Positions 1 through 8,142 of a stretch of DNA of 64,000 nucleotides are shown one piece after another. The DNA is taken from contig JBDLIH010000005.1 of assembly GCA_039714975.1 (NCBI GenBank), positions 12,857 to 76,856 on the forward strand, given 5' to 3'. This DNA is from Pseudomonadota bacterium. GTDB lineage: Bacteria; Pseudomonadota; Gammaproteobacteria; UBA9214. Every line of letters begins with the position of its first letter. Position 1 is the stretch's first letter. Below the pieces are notes generated by a model. The model did not search any database. It was not told the DNA's origin and was given only the letters and a program-made list of their open reading frames with translations. The position numbers and the translations under genes are program-made.

Positions 1-171
1 CAAAGTCACCCGATCGACCGGACGTTCACAAAAGCAGAAATCGAGCGGCAATGTGCGGTGTATGAATTGCTGGCGCAGCATTTTCAGCGTTGCGGCATGC
101 GGGTCTTTGTGCGCACCGATTTTGAAGGCATGCCCCGGACGATTATTGATACGGAAGATTCCCGAGTTTGA
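1..171 (+). CDS. 3' end of an unidentified ORF entering from upstream of the window (last 56 codons)
   Basis: Frame 1 is open from the window edge to TGA at 169-171 (...CAVYELLAQHFQRCGMRVFVRTDFEGMPRTIIDTEDSRV*). No family recognised. Confidence 0.3.
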   Translation, partial: QSHPIDRTFTKAEIERQCAVYELLAQHFQRCGMRVFVRTDFEGMPRTIIDTEDSRV

Positions 172-176
172 AGTAG

Positions 177-209
177 CCCGGGTGCAGGCCCGTAGGGCCG
201 GAACCCGGG
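177..209. terminator. GC-rich nested hairpin between convergent genes (possible bidirectional terminator)
   Basis: CCCGGG (177-182) pairs with CCCGGG (204-209). Inner stem is GGCCC (187-191) / GGGCC (195-199). No clear T-run. Confidence 0.3.
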
Positions 210-236
210 AAAGTCCATATCCATCCCCGGATTCCG

Positions 237-1730
237 CTACGCTCCATCCGGGCTACAGGCCTGCTCATTCAGCCACGTGGTGAGTGTCTCAACCGGGTAG
301 ATTTGCGGCACCATCTTGCCTTCAATACCGATGAAAATTCCGACACGATCGGATCGTGAGCTGATGACGACATGGTGTTGATTAATCTGCCCGACATTCA
401 GCCACAGCGTCTCATCGATTGAGCAGGGGTGGTGGCCGACGATAAACGGAGTATCACCGCCAACTTCCAGACCCTTGCGGAACTGACGGACATCGTTACG
501 GGTATAACCGGCGGGGAAGGCCGTCGTCCTGACTCTGCTCCAGGTCATGTCATGGACAATGTCGGGGAACTGGTGTGCGTCGACCAGGCTTTGTCGTGAG
601 ACCTTTTTGCGCGGAGGACCTGCATGACAGGCAATAAAATCTTTTGAGAGCACCAGTAAGGGGGACTGCTGGTAAAAGAGTTCCAGCCCGGTTTTGTACT
701 CTTCGCCTCTTGACGACAGCACCTGTTTTTCCCAGAGCAGTCCCTGGGGGACCCCCTGCTTCATGATCTCATGCAGAAAGCTGTCGTGGTTACCAACGAT
801 ATAGAAAACCTTGTCAGGAAATTGCAGCTTCAGCCTGAAAATCAGGTCCATCATCAATAGAGAACTTTCCATGTCCCCAAGTTTTCCAGGTTCCTCAGGG
901 TGTACGGCATCCCCGAGGATGATCAGTGCAGCAGTACCTTTCTCCAGACTCTCAAGAACGGCATTCTCACTGAGTATCGTGAGCAGATTGTCCAGCTGCG
1001 CATGCAGGTCACCGACGAGTATTGGCGTGACATTGTCCGGCAACTCGAGGATGCCGCCGGGATTGCCAAGGGCATCCTTGCGATGGCCAATTTCGTTCAT
1101 GAGGAGGGTGTTGACCTGTTTCAGGGTTGCGGTTGCCTCGGGTGGAGACAGGGGCTCAAGTGGTCCTCCAAAGATTTCCAGGACCCGTTTTAAGGCGGCC
1201 CGGCGCTGAAGCACCCGGTCAGGGATTTCTTCCGGGTCGCCACTAAGCGAAATATAGGTGCCGAGTTCGGATATCGGGTCCTTGAAAATCAGGCTGTCAC
1301 CGTTGTGGGTGACAGAAAAATGGCGACGGAATGCGTCACGTGGCGAGCTGAATACATGTTCCTGGTACTTAACCTTGCTGTCTATTGCAAGCTTGCTTCC
1401 GGGGGACAGTCTTTGAAAATGAGAGACTCCGTTACTATAGCGCTCCGGGTCGAACAGAATAAAATCACAAGGCGATTCGTTGTCAGAAGCGGTGATGCCA
1501 GGGTCCGGCGACAGGATGAGAGTTTGCTTGCCCATCTCGATCCTGTATTCCTGATACCCCTTGATCGGGATGCGCAGTTCCTTGCCCGAGAGTCGAAGCT
1601 TTTGTGAAGGATCGGGAATAACGGTTTCCAGTTGAGGCTGGAAATAACCCCGAATATTTTGCCAGATCGATGGTTTCGTCATGCTGGAGTGAACCGGGTT
1701 CTCGCGATGGTTGTGTTTGTCTTCAGGCAT
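237..1730 (-). CDS. Calcineurin-like metallophosphoesterase (Ser/Thr-phosphatase-type) with FHA-like N-terminal region
   Basis: Motifs VGDLHAQLDNL, ILGDAVHPE and VGNHD. The N-terminal ~190 aa carries an FHA-like stretch (...SLIFKDPISELGTYISL). Confidence 0.75.
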   Translation of the reverse strand: MPEDKHNHRENPVHSSMTKPSIWQNIRGYFQPQLETVIPDPSQKLRLSGKELRIPIKGYQEYRIEMGKQTLILSPDPGITASDNESPCDFILFDPERYSNGVSHFQRLSPGSKLAIDSKVKYQEHVFSSPRDAFRRHFSVTHNGDSLIFKDPISELGTYISLSGDPEEIPDRVLQRRAALKRVLEIFGGPLEPLSPPEATATLKQVNTLLMNEIGHRKDALGNPGGILELPDNVTPILVGDLHAQLDNLLTILSENAVLESLEKGTAALIILGDAVHPEEPGKLGDMESSLLMMDLIFRLKLQFPDKVFYIVGNHDSFLHEIMKQGVPQGLLWEKQVLSSRGEEYKTGLELFYQQSPLLVLSKDFIACHAGPPRKKVSRQSLVDAHQFPDIVHDMTWSRVRTTAFPAGYTRNDVRQFRKGLEVGGDTPFIVGHHPCSIDETLWLNVGQINQHHVVISSRSDRVGIFIGIEGKMVPQIYPVETLTTWLNEQACSPDGA

Positions 1731-1937
1731 GGAGAAATGAAAGTGTAGCAGATGACCAACAGGTTTATCTCTATGCCCTGATTCGACCGGATAATATTGT
1801 CAACGTCATCGCTGGCATTATGGTGCCAGTGATTGTTACACTCCCGTCCTGTGATATTCCTGTCGTGTGTTGTTCTTACCTTGCAAGGAGAACCTGGCTG
1901 AAGTGTATCTGACAAACTGCAGTAAGAGACGGACCCG

Positions 1938-2348
1938 ATGGCTGTAAAGGCGGGGTATTTTCATCGACAGTCCGGGGTTATCCCTTACCGGGTGCGCAAG
2001 GGGGAGCTTGAGATCCTCCTCATTACCTCACGAAAAAAACGCCGCTGGATTATTCCCAAGGGCATCATCGAACCCGATTTCACTGCGCGCCACTCGGCCG
2101 CCAAAGAGGCGTTTGAAGAAGCCGGTGCCATGGGCGATGTGCACGACAAGCTACTTGGCCGCTATCAGCACAGGAAGCTGGGCAGGGACTGTACCGTCAA
2201 GGTATATCCGATGCGTGTTACCCGGACTTACAAGGTATGGGAAGAAGCCGATCGGGACCGCGAATGGGTGTCGCTGAAGAAAGCACTCAAACGAATCAGT
2301 AATGGCGGATTAAAGCGGGTATTGAGGAAGTTACCGCAAACGGTCTGA
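1938..2348 (+). CDS. Nudix hydrolase, DIPP/Aps1-like subgroup
   Basis: Nudix box region PKGIIEPDFTARHSAAKEAFEEAGA. Paralogous to the C-terminal half of the ORF at 20217-21176. Confidence 0.8.
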   Translation: MAVKAGYFHRQSGVIPYRVRKGELEILLITSRKKRRWIIPKGIIEPDFTARHSAAKEAFEEAGAMGDVHDKLLGRYQHRKLGRDCTVKVYPMRVTRTYKVWEEADRDREWVSLKKALKRISNGGLKRVLRKLPQTV

Positions 2349-2434
2349 CCGGACAGGAAATAATCAATTCACATGTAGCCTGTGTGCATCCCTGCAGCAG
2401 CATGCTGCATGCGGGATTCAGCGTCTGATTATCA

Positions 2435-3739
2435 TTATAAAATCACCCGTTCGGGCGGGAAGTGGCAGGTAAAGGTGCTGCCGCCTCCCACCGTGCTGAT
2501 GATTTCCAGTTCTGCCTCGTGACGCTCAAGTACGTGTTTGACGATGGCCAGTCCGAGGCCGGTTCCCCCGGTATCCCGCGAATGGCTGGCATCGACACGG
2601 TACAGCCGTTCAGTCAGTCGGGGGATGTGGCGGGGGGCAATGCCTTCGCCGGTATCCGTCACACTGAGGCGGGCACCCGCATGATCCACTTGCCAGCGGA
2701 CACTGACTTCCGCCTGGTTCGGGGTGTGTCTGATGGCATTGTTAACCAGATTTGAAAAAGCGGTACGGAGTTCCTTTGCGTTGCCGTGTAATCCGCCGGG
2801 TGAACGGATGTCCAGATGCAGTACATGCTGCGCTGCACCACTCAGGGTGCGTGCTTCCTCAATAATCGTTGTGAGCAGCTCCGCTATCGGAACGTGTTCG
2901 TCAGATGTGGATTTCTGTTGTATCTCCAGTCGAGACAATGTCAGCAGGTCGGACACCAGTTCACTCATGCGTCTTGCCTGTTGAACTATCAGTTCGGTTG
3001 ACCGTGACAGTATGGCCGGATCAGGTTTGTCTGTGTTCAACTGTTCAGCAAGTCCGGATATGACGGTCAGTGGGGTGCGCAGTTCATGCGACACATTGGC
3101 GACGAAGTCACGCCGTGCCGTATCGAGGTAATACTGGCGGGTAATGTCTCGCGCCACCAACATTAGCCGGTCGGCTTCATGTTTCAGCTGGGTGATAAAA
3201 ACCGAGAGGATCTTTGCCCGGTTTGCCGGAGAGGTAATGACCAGCGGCATGGCAAAATCACCGTTTGCCAGATATTCCCCGAGTACCGGGTCCGGTACAA
3301 GAGCGGTCAGTAAATCACCCTGTGAATCCGGCCATACGATATTTAGCAGGTTTCCGGCGGCGGGGTTGGACCAGTCGACCCGGCCTGACGGGTCCAGGAT
3401 GACCACGGCATCCGGTAGTGTGTTGACTGTGTCCCGAAAACGGCCAAGTTGCGAGGAGAGATCACGACTGCGAGTGTGGTTACTGAGATGCAGGCCCTGT
3501 ATTTCCCTGGCGATACCTTTCCACAGCCCCCTTGAATACGGCCCGTCTTGACCCTCATCCCCAAGCAGGTGCGGCAGACGGGCCAGTTGATACAAATGCC
3601 AGCCGAGATAAACCAGCAGACCGAGCATCAGGCAGGGCAGCAATTGTCCCGTTAGCGTACCTGCCAGGCCTGCTGCGAGCATTATCCCGAGGAACAGCCG
3701 GAGTTCTTCTTGCCAGTGGTTGGGCATGGAGAACATCAT
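2435..3739 (-). CDS. phoR: Phosphate regulon sensor histidine kinase PhoR
   Basis: Hydrophobic N-terminus, PAS-like region, H-box FVANVSHELRTPLTVI, and ATPase domain DTGEGI...GGTGLGLAIVKH. Lies directly downstream of phoB. The track start (TTG 3895) reads through the 90-bp repeat at 3771-3859. The first ATGs after it are 3739/3736/3727, so the start is uncertain. Confidence 0.85.
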   Translation of the reverse strand: MMFSMPNHWQEELRLFLGIMLAAGLAGTLTGQLLPCLMLGLLVYLGWHLYQLARLPHLLGDEGQDGPYSRGLWKGIAREIQGLHLSNHTRSRDLSSQLGRFRDTVNTLPDAVVILDPSGRVDWSNPAAGNLLNIVWPDSQGDLLTALVPDPVLGEYLANGDFAMPLVITSPANRAKILSVFITQLKHEADRLMLVARDITRQYYLDTARRDFVANVSHELRTPLTVISGLAEQLNTDKPDPAILSRSTELIVQQARRMSELVSDLLTLSRLEIQQKSTSDEHVPIAELLTTIIEEARTLSGAAQHVLHLDIRSPGGLHGNAKELRTAFSNLVNNAIRHTPNQAEVSVRWQVDHAGARLSVTDTGEGIAPRHIPRLTERLYRVDASHSRDTGGTGLGLAIVKHVLERHEAELEIISTVGGGSTFTCHFPPERVIL

Positions 3740-3770
3740 ACAAGGTAGAGTCGATCCAGAAACAATAATT

Positions 3771-3859
3771 CTCGCCAAGGCGCAAAGACGCAAAGAAAAA
3801 TATAATACACTTGCGAACTGTACGATTTTAACTTTGCGAGCTTTGCGTCTTGGCGAGAG
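3771..3859. repeat. ~90-bp intergenic element with ~22-bp terminal inverted repeats (copy 1)
   Basis: Left arm ctcgccaaggcgcaaagacgc, AT-rich centre, right arm gcgagctttgcgtcttggcgagag. Same architecture as 5431-5520. No coding capacity. Confidence 0.85.
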
Positions 3860-3891
3860 AGAATTACGGTGTTTAGGGAGTGATTCCGTGT

Positions 3892-4578
3892 TCAATCGTG
3901 TGTGGAAAACCGGTAGCCGCTACCGCGAACGGTCTGAACCAGCTGATCGTGTCCTGACGGCTCCAGCGTCTTGCGCAGGCGGCGTATGTGAACATCAACG
4001 GTGCGTTCCTCGACCCAGGCGCTGGTTCCCCAGACCTGGTCGATTAATTGCTGACGGCTGTAAACTCGTTCCGGATGTGTCATGAAGAACTGCAGTAACT
4101 GAAATTCCATAGGCGCCAGTTCCAGCGAGCTATTATTGATGCTGACCCGGTGAGTCGCCGGGTCCAGCCGCAGTGTCCCGGTTTCCAGAATTTCCCCGCC
4201 GCTGTCCCGGTGGGTGCGGCGCAGCACCGCCTTGATGCGTGCCAGCAGTTCGGAGACCGAGAAGGGTTTGGCGACATAATCATCTGCGCCGGCCTCCAGC
4301 GCGGCCACCTTGTCTTCCTCTTCAGCCCGCGCCGTTAACATGATGACGGGTATTTGTTTATGGACGGAATCCCGCTGCAGTGCACGGGCAAACTCGTATC
4401 CGGATTGACCGGGGAGCATCCAGTCGAGCAGGACCAGGTCAGGTGCCTGGTTGGCAATTGTTTGCCGGGCATCCAGTGTGTTGCCGGCCTCCTGTACCTC
4501 ATAGCCGCCACTCATCAGCGCCAGCTTGATCATCTCGCGAATAGCGGGATCGTCTTCAACGACAAGGATTGTCGGCAT
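3892..4578 (-). CDS. phoB: Phosphate regulon response regulator PhoB
   Basis: Receiver domain ILVVEDDPAIREMI...DLVLLDWMLPG plus OmpR/PhoB winged helix ...VQTVRGSGYRFS. Start moved to ATG 4578 (MPTILVVEDD), 13 nt after the pstB stop. Confidence 0.9.
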   Translation of the reverse strand: MPTILVVEDDPAIREMIKLALMSGGYEVQEAGNTLDARQTIANQAPDLVLLDWMLPGQSGYEFARALQRDSVHKQIPVIMLTARAEEEDKVAALEAGADDYVAKPFSVSELLARIKAVLRRTHRDSGGEILETGTLRLDPATHRVSINNSSLELAPMEFQLLQFFMTHPERVYSRQQLIDQVWGTSAWVEERTVDVHIRRLRKTLEPSGHDQLVQTVRGSGYRFSTHD

Positions 4579-4591
4579 TGATTCTGGATTG

Positions 4592-5395
4592 CTATCCGTA
4601 GCGGCCCTCGATGTAGTCCGCCGTTTCCTGTTTCTGTGGCGTGACGAACATGTCATCGGTGGCGGTGTGTTCCACGACCTTGCCCATCAACATGAAGATG
4701 CACTCTTCACTGGCACGGCGTGCCTGGGCCATGTTGTGGGTTACGATCAGAATGGTGTACTTGCCGCGCAGTTCCCAGATCAGCTCTTCCACGGCCTCGG
4801 TGCCTTTGGGATCGAGGGCGGAGCAGGGCTCATCCATCAGCAACAGGCCGGGCTTGACGGGCAGCAGACGGGCGATACACAGCTTTTGCTGCTCCTCCAG
4901 TGATAGCTCGGTGGCCTTGCTGTCCAGCCGGTCCTTGACCTTGTCCCATAACAGGACCTGGCGCAGGGCGCTTTCGGCAATCTCGTCCTGTTCACTGCGC
5001 GGTGCACGTTTGCCTTCCGCATGCAGGTTATAGCCAAACAGTACGTTGTCACGGATGGAGATCGGCAGGGGGTTCGGGCGCTGGAAAACCATGCCGATCT
5101 GTTTTCTGACCTGCACGAGTTCCACGGCCGGATCATAGATGTTGTTTCCGAAGACGTCGATCGTGCCATCGATACGAACATAGCCCAGCCGTTCGTTGAT
5201 GCGGTTGACGCTACGCAGGAAAGTGGACTTGCCGCAACCGGAAGGTCCTATGAGGGAGGTGATGATGCCTTGTTTGATACCGAGATCGATATCGAACAGC
5301 GCCTGAAACGTCCCGTACCAGAGATTCAACTGTTCTGTCCGGATGGCATAGTCCATCGGGTTATCAATGACTGCCTGGCTATTTGTATTCATCAT
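4592..5395 (-). CDS. pstB: Phosphate ABC transporter ATP-binding protein PstB (degenerate signature motif)
   Basis: Walker A GPSGCGKST, Q-loop MVFQRPNP, Walker B LLLMDEPCSALD, H-loop VTHNM. The signature reads LSLEEQ instead of LSGGQ. The track start is TTG 5404 and the first ATG is 5395. Confidence 0.9.
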   Translation of the reverse strand: MMNTNSQAVIDNPMDYAIRTEQLNLWYGTFQALFDIDLGIKQGIITSLIGPSGCGKSTFLRSVNRINERLGYVRIDGTIDVFGNNIYDPAVELVQVRKQIGMVFQRPNPLPISIRDNVLFGYNLHAEGKRAPRSEQDEIAESALRQVLLWDKVKDRLDSKATELSLEEQQKLCIARLLPVKPGLLLMDEPCSALDPKGTEAVEELIWELRGKYTILIVTHNMAQARRASEECIFMLMGKVVEHTATDDMFVTPQKQETADYIEGRYG

Positions 5396-5430
5396 AACAT
5401 CCAAGGATTTTCATAAATGCTGCAATTTTT

Positions 5431-5520
5431 CTTGCCAAGGTGCAAAGATGCCAAAAAAGAAATATTAATATTTTTATAGCAATAGTTTATAACTTTGCGA
5501 TCTTTGCGCCTTGGCGAGAG
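5431..5520. repeat. ~90-bp intergenic element with terminal inverted repeats (copy 2)
   Basis: Left arm cttgccaaggtgcaaagatgcc, AT-rich centre, right arm gcgatctttgcgccttggcgagag. Sits between the two pstB paralogs. Confidence 0.85.
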
Positions 5521-5537
5521 TTTTTCTTTTTGTCTGG

Positions 5538-6341
5538 TCACCCGAACCGTCCCTCGACATAATCCCGGGTGCGGGGATCCTTGACCTCGCCGGTAAACAG
5601 GTCCTCGGTTTTGCCAATTTCCACACACTCGCCATTGAGGAAAAAAGCGGTACGGCTGGCGAGTCGTCGTGCCTGCTGTACCAGGTTCGTCACCAGGATG
5701 ATGGTCATTTCCTGTTTCAGTTCCTTGAGGACATCTTCAATACGCATGGTTGTCACCGGGTCGACGGCAATGGAAAACTCGTCGAGCATCAGTACTTCCG
5801 GTTCCTGGGAGAGTGCCCGGGCAATCGTCAGACGCTGCTGCTGGCCTCCGGAAAGCAGGCTGCCGAGGGAATTCAGCCGGTCCTTGACCTCGTCCCAGAG
5901 TGCGGCGCGGGTCAGGCAACGCTCGACGATGACGTCGAGGTCAGCCTTGTTTTTCAATCCCGAGAGGCGTGGGGAGAGGGCTACATTGTCATAAATGGTC
6001 ATCGGCAGACCGACCGGCAGGGGGAACACCACGCCGATACGGGAACGCAATGCGTAGACATTTCTCAGACGACGGATATCAAGACCGTTGAACTGGATTT
6101 CACCTTCGACATGCATGTTGGAATCGAACATGTCCATGCGATTCAGTGTCTTTAGGAACGAGGTTTTACCGGCGTTGGCCGGGCCGATGATGCCGAAGAT
6201 TTCGTGTTCGCGTATGGCCAGGCTGACATTACTGAGTGCCGGTGTATTGCCATAGCGAATGGACAGGTCGCGCACTTCCAGCTTGACGGGTACCTGTTCT
6301 GTTACCGTTTCGTGTACGGCTGTCTGTGTACTGGCTACCAT
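5538..6341 (-). CDS. PstB-like ABC ATPase paralog with degenerate Q-loop and H-loop
   Basis: Walker A GPANAGKTS, intact signature LSGGQQQRL, Walker B VLMLDEFSIAVD. The Q-loop Gln is replaced (VVFPLP) and the H-loop His is replaced (VTNLVQQ). Confidence 0.85.
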   Translation of the reverse strand: MVASTQTAVHETVTEQVPVKLEVRDLSIRYGNTPALSNVSLAIREHEIFGIIGPANAGKTSFLKTLNRMDMFDSNMHVEGEIQFNGLDIRRLRNVYALRSRIGVVFPLPVGLPMTIYDNVALSPRLSGLKNKADLDVIVERCLTRAALWDEVKDRLNSLGSLLSGGQQQRLTIARALSQEPEVLMLDEFSIAVDPVTTMRIEDVLKELKQEMTIILVTNLVQQARRLASRTAFFLNGECVEIGKTEDLFTGEVKDPRTRDYVEGRFG

Positions 6342-7204
6342 TTCTTTTTACCCCGCAACCAGGTACGGAAGGCGATGGAGAGGCTGTTCATCAACAACAC
6401 CATGGCGATGAGCACCAGGGCAACACCATAAGGCAGGTTCTCGGGTACACCGGGCACCTGCGTCGATACCACGAACAGGTGCAGGGACATGGCCATGGTC
6501 TGGTCAAAGATACCCTGCGGCAGGAACGGGGTGAAGAATACCGCGCCGGTAAACATGATGGGAGCGGTCTCGCCGGAGGTGCGCGACACCTCGAGAATGA
6601 CACCGGTGAGGATGCCGGAGACGGCATTGGGCAGTACCACGCGGCGGATCGTCTGCCAGCGGGTGGCGCCCATGTTCCAGCAGGCCTCGCGAAATGCATG
6701 CGGGACTGCCTGCAGGGACTCGCGGGTTGCAACAATCACCACTGGCAGGGTCATGATGGCCAGCGTCAGACTGGCTGCGAGAATGCTGGTGCCAAAGCCG
6801 AAAAACAGCACAAAGGCGCCGACGCCAAACAGGGCATGCACGATCGACGGGACACCGGCCAGGTTGATGATGGCCAGGTTGATGATGCGGGTAAACCAGT
6901 TCTCGCCGGCGTATTCACTGAGATAGATGGCGGCTGCAATTCCCAGCGGTACGGAAATGAGTAACGCCACCGCGACCAGCCACATGGTACCCAGCAGGGC
7001 AGGGAAGATGCCGCCTGCGGTCATGCCGTCGGTCGGGGCGGTGAACAGGAAATCGATGGAGATGACCGAGCCGCCCTTTACAATCAAGGTTCCGAGGATG
7101 AGCAGTACTGGTAGAATCAGCAGCACAGTCATCAGCAGGAACAGGATATTGAAGAGTCGCTGGACCCGCTGGTTCCTGATGTTGAGTGCAGATGTCTCAA
7201 ACAT
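6335..7204 (-). CDS. pstA: Phosphate ABC transporter permease PstA
   Basis: Polytopic permease with ...ESLQAVPHAFREACWNMGATRWQTIRRVVLP. ATG 7204 lies just after the pstC stop (7209-7211). The track start is TTG 7234. Confidence 0.9.
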   Translation of the reverse strand: MFETSALNIRNQRVQRLFNILFLLMTVLLILPVLLILGTLIVKGGSVISIDFLFTAPTDGMTAGGIFPALLGTMWLVAVALLISVPLGIAAAIYLSEYAGENWFTRIINLAIINLAGVPSIVHALFGVGAFVLFFGFGTSILAASLTLAIMTLPVVIVATRESLQAVPHAFREACWNMGATRWQTIRRVVLPNAVSGILTGVILEVSRTSGETAPIMFTGAVFFTPFLPQGIFDQTMAMSLHLFVVSTQVPGVPENLPYGVALVLIAMVLLMNSLSIAFRTWLRGKKKW

Positions 7205-7208
7205 GGTC

Positions 7209-8141
7209 TTAGCCTTTGCGTACGCCGCGTACAATCAGATCGGCGGTGAGGTTAATAATGAAGGTGATCAGGAACAGGAAGATGCCGATGGTGAACAGTA
7301 CCTGGTAGTGATCGGAACCCACGGCAGTCTCACCCAGTTCGGCGGCAATCGTGGCCGTCAGGGCGCGCACCGAGTCGAAGATGCTGCCCGGGATGTTGAT
7401 CGAGTGACCTGTCGCCATCAGCACAGCCATGGTTTCACCGAAACCCCGGCCGACACCGAGCAGTACCGCACCCAGCAGGCCGTTTTTTGCAGCCGGCAAT
7501 ACCGTTTTGTAGATGACCTGCCAGCGGGTGGCGCCCATAGCTTCAGCCGCTTCACGGTAGCGGTCAGGCACTGCCTTGAGTGCATCCTCGGCGATGGAGG
7601 TCATGATAGGTGCGGCCATCAATCCGAGGATGATGCCGGCGTTCAGTACGTTCAGTCCCACCGGGACATCAAAGAGTTCAATAATCAGCGGGTTCATGAT
7701 GCTGAGACCTATGAAGCCCCAGACTACCGAGGGGATGGCGGCCAGCAGTTCCACCAGTATCTTGAGGATTTCCCGGGTCTTGCCGGTGGCAAACTCGGCA
7801 ATGTAGACCGCCGCACCCAGTGAAAACGGAATGGCCACCAGCATTGCCAGTCCGGTGACACTGGCCGTGCCCGCGATCAGTGCCAGGATGCCATATTCCG
7901 GATCTTCCTCCTCGGCAGGGTACCAGTAGGGTGAGGTGAAGAATTCCTGGAAATCAAAACGGTCGAGAATAAAACCGAAGCCTTCCTTGGTGACAAAGGC
8001 AAAGATACCAACGACGAAGATGATGGCCGAGATGCCGCCGATGAAGACCAGCAGCTGGACCAGCTTGTCGATATACCAGTCGGCGTTGCGGCGATCGAAG
8101 TCAGCCGCATGGCGACTGCTTGTCGAGGGTTGAGTGGTCAT
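7209..8141 (-). CDS. pstC: Phosphate ABC transporter permease PstC
   Basis: ...AEDALKAVPDRYREAAEAMGATRWQVIYKTVLPAAKNG. ATG 8141 lies 1 nt after the upstream stop (8143-8145). The track start is GTG 8159. Confidence 0.9.
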   Translation of the reverse strand: MTTQPSTSSRHAADFDRRNADWYIDKLVQLLVFIGGISAIIFVVGIFAFVTKEGFGFILDRFDFQEFFTSPYWYPAEEEDPEYGILALIAGTASVTGLAMLVAIPFSLGAAVYIAEFATGKTREILKILVELLAAIPSVVWGFIGLSIMNPLIIELFDVPVGLNVLNAGIILGLMAAPIMTSIAEDALKAVPDRYREAAEAMGATRWQVIYKTVLPAAKNGLLGAVLLGVGRGFGETMAVLMATGHSINIPGSIFDSVRALTATIAAELGETAVGSDHYQVLFTIGIFLFLITFIINLTADLIVRGVRKG

Positions 8142-8142
8142 G

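Noticed and set aside
2381-2417. Palindrome around GCAGCATGCTGC between the convergent Nudix and phoR genes as a terminator.
   Set aside because: The stem is short, there is no flanking T-run on either strand, and it cannot be distinguished from a chance palindrome.
3771-5520. The 90-bp TIR elements, and the supercluster as a whole, considered as mobile elements or a genomic island.
   Set aside because: No transposase, integrase, tRNA attachment site or flanking direct repeats are visible in the window. The elements are non-autonomous at best, so they are reported as repeats only.
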